A stretch of DNA of 64,000 nt from a virus (taxonomy: Duplodnaviria > Caudoviricetes): the IMG/VR virus record IMGVR_UViG_3300034061_004620; one strand, written 5' to 3'. Below are positions 37,101 to 48,300 of the stretch, piece after piece (the stretch's first letter is position 1; each line of letters opens with the position of its first letter). A program made the translations under genes and the position numbers. The notes under the pieces are model-generated. The model was not told the DNA's origin. It saw nothing but the letters and a program-made list of their open reading frames with translations, and searched no databases.

Positions 37101-37512
37101 CATTATAGTATGGACCCACTGCACCAAAACCATCAGTCCAGCCATTTGGATAGTAAGTTCCGTTATAATAATTTCGATTATAGTAAGGACCGTACCACCC
37201 ACCCCACCACCACCAATGATGGTATTCCAAAGTTTGCGTAGTACCGCCTACTTTGAGATCGTTAATAAAAACTTCACCTAAATTATCTGCACTTGAATTT
37301 ACAAAGTAATCGCCTGTGTAGGGAGCGTCAAAAATTCTATATATTGTAAATTTTTGCCTTGTTCCGGAGGTAGTTGGCCAAACTGCATATTGATTAAGAA
37401 ATGTATTCCATCTTGAATCAGTTCTTGGATACAGGACAGCTGGACTTTGCACTGGATTCCCGCTGGGTCCAGAAATTCCAAATATATTTACAATTGGTTG
37501 TCTTTCTGCCAT
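34189..37512 (-). CDS. Glycine-rich tail fibre / adhesin with a duplicated beta-sandwich domain, a W/Y/G insertion and a C-terminal CKIIC domain
   Basis: Poly-Gly GGGGG/GAGG tracts, two W..FLN.Y..W...WDTR domains, KVNGNWR/KVAGDWR/KINGQWR triplet, hydrophobic plus basic C-terminus. Confidence 0.75.
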   Translation of the reverse strand: MAERQPIVNIFGISGPSGNPVQSPAVLYPRTDSRWNTFLNQYAVWPTTSGTRQKFTIYRIFDAPYTGDYFVNSSADNLGEVFINDLKVGGTTQTLEYHHWWWWGGWYGPYYNRNYYNGTYYPNGWTDGFGAVGPYYNGWYGGWYWPWYGYGGYYWGYWGHVTTNFATLPVPTKITLAQGINQIRMEVAQAGGPAGFAMNITDAESNVVWDTRSTAVVSEYTQTCGRYSLTSPINADIVAYLWGAGGGGGGNDAGSLGGLGAPGQFHKTQFSVKVGDQIEVVVGDGGTGGSSSAGSAAGGIGGASRLNLPGFPSFSGADGHPAGPGGSSGGGGGGGGASLIIVNGNVVAVAGGGAGGGGAGNDGNNATLYKIRNGATAYPDIAQIYAGVSALELQNVDNSNHPNYNITAGQRGQGVTGDGGGGGGGGGGWGGGAGGTVRGGDSSTFGGQSGGNYPFNQLFKHTAGNVSFVAPSGVTSITLVSATGGGGGGGSGNLTQGGAGGGQGAIATNRTISVVPGRLYEICIGAGGQGGVTQLTPYTAGTITDANLTLIPAVAGGFTSIRDTVTDTYLLKLQGGQAGNITHSGLGGTVTTLLGSGGSSSTGASGATPTSTNTTGTAGGGPGAGQTLGQNAVTQTNRGSSLGCGSAGAGAAKPNVFAANPDDQTRPQQLQSSIGGEGTAGAVLVRWRQDQRVGSDGELSPVSNASWSRFLNDYGMWFTDAGQGAGTVTRQFETVYSGEYKLRAAATGTLEVYIDDVLITTVTQNSTATPTPISLNFGKGVKQIKFNLYNSPLNKGFAVSISDSADKVYWDTRDNVGTDPPGSNLRYYASPFAKGGKQGSEGANGAVALEIYPTGLSTIKVNGNWRSISEAAVKVAGDWRYVDEIFVKINGQWRTTNSAGNLTTLRFQQEFGNYGKLQRTGLPPGPGGSGGGGCKIICQKLAELGYFDHAMNKADQAFGIMLRDQDPDAYNGYLRWAGPVVDLLEGGGSSTFRKIVFPWIRDEQKRKDLQTKIVAHYLDVIARPWAEEMAYRMNADGYTKSNPAGRFVMNIGLPLCRTISKFGRGKQLPMWAKTALIWGTTTVLLGAVTGISTVDKIVRKVGKLLGK

Positions 37513-37514
37513 AA

Positions 37515-38624
37515 TTAGGTATACTTAAACCAGATATCTCCGTCATTACCAAGTGTGTTGACTGGATCAGCGGTACTAACAAATTTTCTACTTCCGTCCC
37601 AGAACACTGATCTGGTCATAACATATTGTGTAGTGGCAACTTGAGTGTTGTTTGCCCCAAATGTAGGAGTAGGAGCGACTACATTTCCTGTGAATGTTGG
37701 GCTGTCTTTGTCGGCTTTAAGATTTATATTTGCCACTAATGCAGCGGATTGAGCCAAGTTGACTGAATTGATTTTGTCATTTAATGAAATTATATTAGCA
37801 TTGGCTGATGATACGTTTGCATTTAGCACTGTCACATTTGCCAACATGGCATTTTCTACTGCCACTGTTTGTGCCTGAGCGGCTGCAATATTTCCAGCAA
37901 GTGTGTCAACATTTCCTGTAATTGCAACATATGTGTCAAGATTTATTTGATCTACTCTATTGTTAGTTGCCCTTAGAGATATTTGCACATTTGCCGCGGT
38001 TAAATTTGCTCGAAGTTGATTTTCTTCGCTAATTCTTTGCACCAAATTGGCATTAATGACCGCTACATTCGATGATATAGCAGAAGTCGCGTAAAATCGT
38101 AAATTTTGTATTTCGCTATCTACATAAACTTTTGTAGGAATTCCAAAATTACTTGTTGCATTAGCCAACACTGTAATTAAACCACTACTGCCATTGATGT
38201 TTAATACATTTGTACTAACACCGTTTACGTTGGCAAATAAGCTTATGTTACCATTGTTGTACTGATTGTTTATAACTACATTACCAGTTAAATCTTTTAT
38301 CTGAAAATCGTTTGGCCCTATATTGAGATTGCCTGTTAGATCTACATTGCCTACTATTTCGCTGCCAACTGTGATCCATTGGTCCCCAGTATATACTTTA
38401 ATATTGTTTACATTAGTATCATACCATAACTGACCTGTAGTGGGAAACGGTGGACTGTTGTCAAAAGCAAAATTTTCTAACAAGCGTACAAAGTTTTCGT
38501 TGGTTTGGTCGCCGTAATTTTGCACTAATCTTCCGAACAGGGTCAAGCTTGTGCTGGTAGTATCTTTGGTTCCATCTAATACAACAATAGTTGTACCATC
38601 TGTTTTTGTTACAAAATATGACAT
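37515..38624 (-). CDS. Tail fibre-like virion protein (N-terminal domain paralogous to 32096-33745)
   Basis: SLTLFGR...YG...NENFVRLLENFA...GQLWYD; Asn/Ala coiled coil; SPTFTG...TQVATTQYV fibre repeat; GNDGDIWFKY C-terminus. Confidence 0.75.
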   Translation of the reverse strand: MSYFVTKTDGTTIVVLDGTKDTTSTSLTLFGRLVQNYGDQTNENFVRLLENFAFDNSPPFPTTGQLWYDTNVNNIKVYTGDQWITVGSEIVGNVDLTGNLNIGPNDFQIKDLTGNVVINNQYNNGNISLFANVNGVSTNVLNINGSSGLITVLANATSNFGIPTKVYVDSEIQNLRFYATSAISSNVAVINANLVQRISEENQLRANLTAANVQISLRATNNRVDQINLDTYVAITGNVDTLAGNIAAAQAQTVAVENAMLANVTVLNANVSSANANIISLNDKINSVNLAQSAALVANINLKADKDSPTFTGNVVAPTPTFGANNTQVATTQYVMTRSVFWDGSRKFVSTADPVNTLGNDGDIWFKYT

Positions 38625-38628
38625 AGTG

Positions 38629-39303
38629 TTATCCTAAACTACTTAAATTGGTTAAAGTTTGAATTCTAACAGTGTAATCAATCTGTATTAATCTATTTAG
38701 ACTTTTTTGTACAGGATGGAAAACCACGTGTGTTAACAATTTGCCTGTTGTGGTCAAACCAGAGGTCCCATCCAGGCTGCGTGCTTTCAATCCTAACTCA
38801 TCAAATGTATAAGTATCATCTAATCGTGTAGAATTGTCAAATGCGCTTTGTCCTGTAGGTTCTCCATAGTCCAACAAACAACTAATTACTAAATCAGAAT
38901 AAATTCTTCCAGGTACATGACGCACTTCAATTTTGTTTCGTGTTGGATCTGTATTAAGTGCGCTGGTATTGTCTACAATTTTTGCAAAGGTAGGATTGTA
39001 CAAATTACTATTGCTGGTATTAACATTTGATGGCAAATAGTTGATTACTCCAGTAGGATCAATGCTGGTACCACCATTACCAAAATGCATTTCATAGATA
39101 TAACTTTGCCCTTTGTTTGCAAGAGTATAAGCTATTGCTTCGCTTATGTTTTCGTAATGAATAGCGTTACGTTTGTTTACATATACTTCGCCAGATTCTG
39201 GATCAAAAATTTTGATGTGCCCTTGCACATGCACTCCATTTGTTTCGTCAGGTTTTTTATTGGTTTCCATAAATTCATTCTCAGTAACGTCTGTGTTATC
39301 CAT
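38629..39303 (-). CDS. Putative baseplate/tail structural protein
   Basis: GHIKIFD...NAIH...FGNGG...FDELGL...THVVFHPVQK...IDYTVRI. Start refined to ATG 39303 behind TAAATA. Confidence 0.65.
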   Translation of the reverse strand: MDNTDVTENEFMETNKKPDETNGVHVQGHIKIFDPESGEVYVNKRNAIHYENISEAIAYTLANKGQSYIYEMHFGNGGTSIDPTGVINYLPSNVNTSNSNLYNPTFAKIVDNTSALNTDPTRNKIEVRHVPGRIYSDLVISCLLDYGEPTGQSAFDNSTRLDDTYTFDELGLKARSLDGTSGLTTTGKLLTHVVFHPVQKSLNRLIQIDYTVRIQTLTNLSSLG

Positions 39304-39308
39304 TTTAG

Positions 39309-39314
39309 TATTTA
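39309..39314 (-). promoter_or_regulatory. Late promoter core TAAATA, 5 nt before an ATG
   Basis: The minus strand reads CTAAATA CTAAA ATG. Confidence 0.55.
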
Positions 39315-39326
39315 GCTGTGGTATTA

Positions 39327-42300
39327 TCATGGTGTATAACTTGGTTCCTCTCTAATAAACTGAGCAGCGAGCGCGGTGCTGCCCTCTAATCCCACTCCAG
39401 TGTTAAGTGGTATCCATAGATTGCTTTGAGTAATTGTTTCATTTACCAAAGTAACATTACCATTTGCATCTACCTGCCCTAAGATTTCCATGGCTCTAAC
39501 ATTGGCTACAGTGCCAAGATACGTGTTGTTTAACTGATTAAAAATAGTTAGCACATTTGAGCCAATAGTTAAATTACCCGTCACAAAATGCACTGCAACT
39601 GTGTTTGAAGAAACCACATTGCCGAGCAATCTTACATTGGCTGTGTTACCAGATTGTACAAGATAATTTCCAATATTTGCTGTGATTGGGCTACCTAATG
39701 TGATTCTCCAGGTCACGTTGGCTGTGGTATTGTAATTGCCAGTAACAGTGGCAAATTTTGGCGCCGAATCTGGTAACACTTGTACCAAGCTTGTGTCAAC
39801 AACTTTAGAGTTAGCTAAGTGCAAAGTTGCTGCACCTGTGCCATCAACTCCTCTACGCAGTTGAGAAAGAGTGTTTACAAAAACCTGTCTCACACTGCTG
39901 TTACTGATATATGACGTAGAGTTGGCATATACATTACCTAACACCAAATATGTGTTGCTGTTGTAAGCAATTAAACTGTCAATGCTGTAGAATGTGTTAG
40001 CAGTCCAAGAACTGGCTGCTGCTATTTTTGCACTATCATACTTTTGATAGTAATGGATCAATTCACCGTTAATAAATATTTCGCCTGGTATCCCTGAAGC
40101 TGCTCCAGGATCTGGCAGTACCGTTACATCGCCTACAAAAATATCATGATCAGCTACTCCCAAATTCGCGCTCAACATCGTGGTAGCATTGGCGCTGATT
40201 CTATAAAATTCAATGTTACCGCGCATGGGTTTGAATTCTCTAAATCCGTATGTAGCTGTGTTGGAGCTATTGTTAGTAAATGTTCTTATTTCTAATGCAT
40301 CATATATTCGTCCAGGAATCAATTCTTCTGGTGCGTGACTGTGATAGCCATCAACGTAGCTTCCGCCCACGATATTGATATCTTCAGGTCTGGTACCAAG
40401 CGCAGTGTCTTTGTAAAAACTTGCAATATTGGAATCTAATAGATTGTCAATAGTAAGATTGGTTATCTTGACATTGGCTGTGCCTCCTGTGATAATTTCT
40501 GATATACCAGCTGTACCAGCCACACCGTTGATTTGTATTGTGTTCGCCGACACTGTAAATCCTGTTACACTGTGTATGATTTGAATAACATTGGCATCAG
40601 CATAGTCATGTAAAATAAATGCGTTTGCAGTAGTGTTTGACTGTGTAATGTAGTCGCCTGCCTGAACATTCGTTACATTTGAACTTAATGTAATGGTGTA
40701 TATGGTTTCGATTGGAGGACCCGATAACATCATTTCTGTGTGATCAACACTAATAACCTTGAAATCGGCGTCGTTTTTAAAGTCAAAGTTGTATTGCCCT
40801 CTTATACGAATTGTATCATCTAATTCAAATCCGTTTTCAAGAAAATCTACGGCTTGTATATTGGCGCTGGTAATTTTCATTCCGGTATAATTAAATCCAA
40901 TAATGTTACTTGTGAAAGTAAAACTATTAGCATCAAATCTTTTTCCTTGAATTTCGTTGCCCGGAAATCCTACACCGAACATCAACTGTTCCAAGTCTTT
41001 ACCTGGTCTTCCAACTTCCGGGAAATAGTAGGCTGATATTCTATCAGCCGCATTTAATAATATATTTCCACTATCTACTTTGTTATATCTTGTAAAATCA
41101 AAAATTGATTGTGAACTTATATTAGCATTAGTTGCAAGGTATGCTTCATTGTTGTAATAAATGAGATTTCCACTGGTAATATAGACATTAGAGTCAATGG
41201 GAATAATACCATCAGAATTAAAATTGTACTGTCTAATTTCGTCTGTGCCGGAGTCTGACACATAAATTTTTGTACCATCATAACTTACAAACATGCCTGT
41301 AGGGGTGTTTGTTTCAAGGTTAAAACTGTTAGTAAATACGGCAGTTGAAACGTCCCAATTGGTGGTTAGATTGTATTCATTTATACTATCACTTTGTTGT
41401 CCAATAACATATAGTCGTGAACCATCTGTTTTAAATCTAATGGCAGTTGGAAAATTATCCTTTGGCGCTATTGACAATGATTTACCAGAATAGTTGGCAG
41501 TGGATATTTCCCACGGTACTGTCATTGTGTATTGATATACTGTATCATTTAGTGTGCCTAAAATATACAAATTCAGTCCATCTTGACTTAATTCTATTGC
41601 ACGAGGGCTTGATTCTTCACTGCTTATATCCAATGAAGACACAACCGATGCGGTATTAACCATCCAGGATGTGGCCAAACGATACTGATAAATTGAGTCA
41701 GTGTTTGTACCAATGGTGAACATTTCTGTTCCGTCATCCTTTATGAATAAGCCTTGTACATTTGTATCTTGTGGAGCTAAATTGGCTGCGCCAATATTTG
41801 CTGCTGTAGAAACATCCCATGGGATGTTTAAACTGTATTGATAAATCCTATCTGTACTATTTCCAACGATGTACATAGCTGTGCCGTCGCCTTTAAAAAA
41901 TACTTCAGTCACATCGTTGTCTTGTGAGGTTATCACGGTAGATTCTACATAACGTAATCTATCTAAATTCCATGCATTTGCTTTGTTACCATCAACCACT
42001 ATAGTTGATTGATATGCAGTATTGGGTTGCCATTCAACTATGTTACTTGAATAAGCTATCCTATCAAATTTTAAACTTGTTGAGATTCCGCGTACGGTAT
42101 TATAACTGCCGTCCTGATTATATTCATTATGCAGTAAAGGATATGCTGTGGCGCCTTCACCGACACCATTGATAAAAACTGTAGGTATGCTGGTGTACCC
42201 CGATCCAGAATTCGTGACAAAGATTCCTGTTAGTTGACCTGTAGTTGAATTTATAGTGGTAATAGCAGCAGCACCTGTTCCGCCGCCGCCAACTATTTCA

Positions 42301-45300
42301 ACATTAGGTGGTAGAATATAATTCTGCCCAACATTGCCTAATAGATACCCAGATACTTTGAATTTATAATTTTCTGCGTAAGTGTTATAAATTGGAACAC
42401 TTTCAAATAGGGCTGCATCTGACGATTTGGTCACGTCCGGCGATCTAAAAGTTTCCTCCGATTTAAAATATCTTGCTGGCAAATCAAAGTCCGCCCAATT
42501 ACCAGTGACCTCATCTATTTTACTGTACTGAGGAACAAATTCCTTAATAATTGTTCTATAAGGTTTAACTTCTTTAATATAATCCTCGTAAAAACTTTGA
42601 TTGTCTCTTATATAATTAGGTAGTTGTTCCAAGGTACGTAAACTGTGATATACATCAATGAAACTGCTTTTAAAAATCCAGTCTGGATTTTTTTGTTCTC
42701 CAATTATAAAGTTAACTATCGAGAAAAACAAAGTATTGAATTCTATAGCCAAACTATTGATAAGAATTTCTTTGTACACACTGTCAAAAATTTGTCCAAC
42801 TTCTTTGGCCGCCACTGGATCAAAATCAACTATATCAAACACCGTTGAATCAAATCCTGCTCCATATTTTATTTCATACAGAGTGTCTTTGAATTGTACT
42901 GATGCATTTTGCGCTGCAATCAAAGTCAAACTCAAATCGGCTTCTACATTAAAGATTAACCAATTGCCTATTCCATCATCTAAAATTTTTACATAATCAT
43001 TTGGTATTAAATTTAGCGACAAAATCTGACCATAAGTGTCAACTACGTATTTTATTTCTTTACCGGTTTCGTATTGTTCGCTGTACCAATCTATTTTGCT
43101 CCACCATATAGATGTTTTATAACTCTGAATAATGTCTAACTCGAACTTTTTTGTGTTGCCGTTAAACTTGTAAAGTGTCCATCTTCCATCAAATCTGGCA
43201 TCATTCCTAATTAAAATTGTGTATCCGTCTGCAAATGCATCAACATCTAAATATTCAATTTCAGTAAACGAGCCGGCTTCGGCATCATATCCTGAAGGGA
43301 CAACATCTTCGGAATATAAAGTAGCCGGGTTTGAAATTAATAAAACAGGATTTTTTTCAAAAATTCTATTCAACTGCAAAACAAAATTCTTTAATGCTGA
43401 TAATCTGTTTACAAAGATTCCCTGTCTTGGCCTTATTAATAAACCAATACTGTTCTCAAGAGGCAGTTTTGGGTCAGGTACAATTTTACCTGAATCATCA
43501 AAACCCACAAGACTATCTTTCATTTTGTTAAGAATACGTGCAGGTATTTTTTCGTTTGGATTTCCTTGCTGTATCAATTGATATTCGTTATGTATAAGAT
43601 TTGTATTCCTTGAAACAGCGGTGTCAACATGTAATACCACGTCGTTAGCTATTAAATTATTAGAAATATTGTACAAGGCCAAGCTATTCTGCGACAACGC
43701 AGCCATGTATGGAATATTTTGATCTTTTGGATTACTAATATATTTTTCCAAAGATTGAATACTTAGAGATCTCTTAGATTGTAATACATCTACAGAAGTT
43801 TTATTTCCCACCCAATAGTAATACTTTTGTGATATGATTCCAGTTGACGGATCTACTATAGTTACGCTTGTATAAGCCGAATTGTCTGGATACTTAGGGA
43901 TACCGTCTTGTCCAGAATTAGTATACTGACTTGGTAGGAAATTGCTTTCTACCCATTCGTAAATTTTGACTTGACTACCAGGAAAAAGAGATCCCCAATT
44001 TTTTTCTCTATACTGCAATGGGCCTTGCTCATATTCGATAAAACTTGACTGACTGGTGTCAAACCATGTCTTCCCAACGTGACGCGACGACCAATAAAAA
44101 TTACTATTTTGAATTTGATTGGTTCCTTGTGCCACGTTATACGCAGCAGGATCAAATTCTTCTTTGTAGTCCAATTCTTGGTCTACTATTCCTAACAATT
44201 TTCCTTTGGCTGGATCGTAAATATCGAAGAATGAAATAATTTGTTGCTGTTTTTTATTATAGATAAAAGCAGAATTGATTGTGGCCGGGTCAACTTGTTT
44301 TTCCTTGTATCTTATTAAATCCCAACCGCCTGTGTTGTTTTCGTTATAGTAAGCATAGATACTTCCTCCACCAGATACAATATTATAGTCGTTGGTAACG
44401 CCGGCTACAAGTGTGCCATTGTAGATACTGGTACTGGCACCAAAATTAAATCCGGTATCTAAGTCGGGTCCTACAAGTTTTTGAGTATAGGCAAAAATTG
44501 CTGGATTGTCTTGCGATTCAAAAGGATTTTCCATCAAATCATATATGTAGACTGCCCCTGAATCTTTGGCTAATGCAACAAAGGTTGTGCTATTACTATC
44601 AAATGTTGTTAATGTGAACGAAGTGTCAAATGTGGTTGGCACAGAAATGTCGGCACCGTCGCTGGTCACCGCCAACATTCCCGACACTTGTGACAAAGCT
44701 AATGCTGTACCAAATCTTTCTCCGTTCAAATTTGGATGCTTAATTGTTTGAGCAGCGGTATAAATTTCTATGCCTAAATCGTATATAACAGTTCCTACAC
44801 CCATCTTTATGTCAAGTTTATTGTTAGCTACTGCACTATCACTTGTGATTTTTATTTTATTGTTGAAATTTTCAGCTTGTACGCCTGGAATACTGGCTGC
44901 ATTAATAAGCGATATTACACTTGCTAAAGTTGTTCCGGCCACTGTAAGTGTTCGGTCATTGATAACAAAAGTATCACCGGGCACTACAGTAGGATTTTCA
45001 ATTGTTCCTGTCACAATCCCATAAACTCTACCGTTGTTTACATAACGAGTAACCAATCCTTCACTGTAATGCTGTTCGGCATAGTAAGGACTTGCTACAT
45101 AAACATTGCACCCGGTGTTGCATACTGCCACCGCACTACCAAATTTTTGTCCTATGATGCCACTTATTGACGGGTACAAATCTTGGGTAGGTTGAAAATT
45201 ATTTGTTTCGACTCTTATTTTTTGGCCTATCACAGGTGTAGCAAATGGAGGAAACTGTATAGCACTGCTGCCAATCAAATAGTAATCAGTTCCTTGTACT

Positions 45301-48300
45301 AATTCTTGATTATTAAATGTAACTCTAAAAACATCCGCAACTGGCTGCGGCAAATTGAAAGTTCCAGAAACTCCGTCGGTGGTAAATTCTGCTATTGTTC
45401 TATGATAAACATTTACTTTACCGTTGTTGTCAATATCAAAATTCGTATCCAAGTTTGATCCTACTACTATCACAGACCCGTCCTTGTTGGTCACAACAGA
45501 CGTACCAAAGTTAGCGCCTGGAGTTGAGCCCGATATAGTGCCTATCAATTTATAAAACTTTGATCTTCTAATTAAATCAATGCGTTCAAAATTTACTGGG
45601 GCAGCAACGAAACTAATGTTGTCTACTGGTCCATTATTTGATACAGTTATTGTTAAATTGTTTGCAGGTGCAGAGCCACCAAGGCTACTACCCAATATTG
45701 TTAATGTATCGCCATTGGCGTAACCAGATCCGCCGTTGATTCTTGATACTGAATAGGCGCCAGAATTGCTATTAATAACAGTAAATGTGGCGCCAGATCC
45801 TGTACCACCTGTAGCTGCTAAGTTATTGTAAGTTAGTGTTCCGGCACCAGTAGCACCGGTACCTACGGTTGTAAAGTCTATAACGGCATTGGCAGCGGTT
45901 GTTAAAGTATAGTCCACTGTAGGAATATATTCAGCCGATCGCAGTGTAGCAAAAACTACAACATCACTCCTGCTATCTACTGCTGAGGTGAGAGTAAAAT
46001 CTGTAGCACTACCAGTGCCTACTATGCTTTGAGCACCTTCTGTTCTTGTTACGAGTGCATAACAAAGCACTTTATCTGCCCCAGGAGAACCAATGTACAT
46101 ATAACTGCCGTCGTGACTCATTGCAATTGCACTGCCAAAATAATCTGTAGCTACACCTGTGTCGTCGGTAATAATCTGAATTAAAACTCCATTGTCATAC
46201 ATGTACACGTAGCCTGTTCCAGACTGACTATCTGGAGCTCCTACAGCAAAGTATCCATTGCCATTGGCAACCACTTTGCCGTAGCTATCTAATCCTGTGC
46301 TGTTGCCCCAGAAAAATGAACTTGGTGCCCATGAGTTATTACCGGCACGAACAAAAATAGCTGCTCTGCCTGTTCCTGAGTTTGGGGCACCAGCATACAA
46401 AAGTGTTCCTGTGCTTGGATCCAGACTTACTGCCTGTCCAAAATTATCATTACCGCTCATCTTACTTGGATCTAATTCTACTTTGTTGATAAACTTCCAA
46501 GGACTTGTTTTGTTATATACTCCCCAATTTTGTTCGGCGTCTAAGTTGTTAACCCATATTTTATCGTTTTCTACCCAACCCTGAACTGGTCTCACAGACT
46601 CAACATCGCTGGGTACATTTATTTTAGTTGAAGTAAGTTGAAATAATATTCCCGAACCCCCTACTGCTTGTTCGTCTTTTATTTTTTGTAAATTTTGATA
46701 CATGGTAATAGTAAATCTATTTGTATCTACTACGCTAATAACTTTGTAAACTCCATCATACCTCGAATCAAAATTCTTAATTACGATCAGATCAGATTCT
46801 GACAAGCCATGATCTCTATCAAAATAAACTTCTACAGTATCATCAATAATATATCTCAATGCAAATAGCGATCCTTCGATTAAACTGGCTCTATACACGT
46901 TCCAATTTTTTGTAAAGTCTCTTGCTACCCAAATCTTGTATCCTATACCAATGTTATTAACAATGGTTGTTAAAGTTTCATAATCTTCTATGTCAAAGAT
47001 AGTGGCATCAATATCGTCAAGATTTACGAATCCTGCCACCGGTAAAGACTTATAGACCTTGGGTTGACTATTGGTTTCTGCTGCAAAAAGTTTGGCCGCG
47101 TATTCGCCAGCAGACTTAAAAATATCACTTTGATCAAATGCAACGACGTCTGGTTCTTTGACAACTGTGTCATCTACAAATTGTAAAGCAGTAGGGTTAC
47201 TACTAAATGCAGATTCATTTAATTCAATTTCTATAAATTTATTAACGTCAGTAGCACCATATTCGCCTATCCTTACTGCCCAGTTTTCATAAAAATTAAC
47301 TTGAGTTTCAAGATTGTTAAAGTTAGCGCCTTTTAGAGCATTTATAGCATTTACTGTACCTTTTTGCTTTATCAACCCTTGGTAAAATTTACTCTGTGTG
47401 GTTGCGTCAATACCAAGATTATTAAAGTATTGTCTATTTCTAAATCCAATTAATCCATTGCTGAATAATTGAGAATCCTCGGCAATTGGTTGGTTATCTA
47501 TGTCGTAAAAATTCACCCCTTGCTGAGCATTTGTTGCAAAATTGTTGATAACTCCAGATCTTAATTCTGATGATGATATCAATTTCCATAAGTTGGTTTG
47601 GAATTGGTCTGAAGCAGTAACATTTTGTGTGGCTGTGTAAAATCTAAATTTGTATTTGACTATAGACCCTTTTAAATAATCCTGCCCAGGTAACCATTCA
47701 TCCACTTTATCGCTGCTGTAGATAAAACCTGGCAATTCTAAACTGCCGTTCCACCCACTGGTTTTTGCGCCTACCAACTTCAATCTATATTGTCTATTAC
47801 CCAGTTCTGGTACGTATAGAATATCATTGAAAACCGTGATATTGTCTAAAATTAAAAGATGTTCAAATTGAACCAAATTTAATTCAGCGAAGCCGATAGT
47901 TTGATTTGCATTTGATTTAAATGTAAATGTGTTGCTACTTCTATAAGCAGTAAAATTATTTTTGATGATTGGTTTGAAATTGACGTCTAACACCCTACTC
48001 GAATAAGGAGTATTTTTAATCTCGTCCACAACCGACGATTCGTCAAAAACTTTCAGTTCAGTGCTTACCGGACTCAACACAATTATATTACCCGATTTCC
48101 ATCCTTGTGTGCTCCAGTGTAAAAACTCTTTAGCACTTAAAATCCAGTCTTTTTGTTCTTTTAAGTCATTGTCTCTATCAACAAAAATAAATCCTTGAGC
48201 CAACAAATATCTTTGGTAACTTACTAAAAAATCAACAACTTGTTGCCGTGAATTAAATTCAAAACCATACGGCACAGTGTACTTGGCATTTTTAAAATCT

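Noticed and set aside
37033-37224. Variable region of a diversity-generating retroelement
   Set aside because: No reverse transcriptase and no near-identical template repeat were seen in the window, and the tract is internal rather than C-terminal. An element elsewhere in the genome cannot be excluded.
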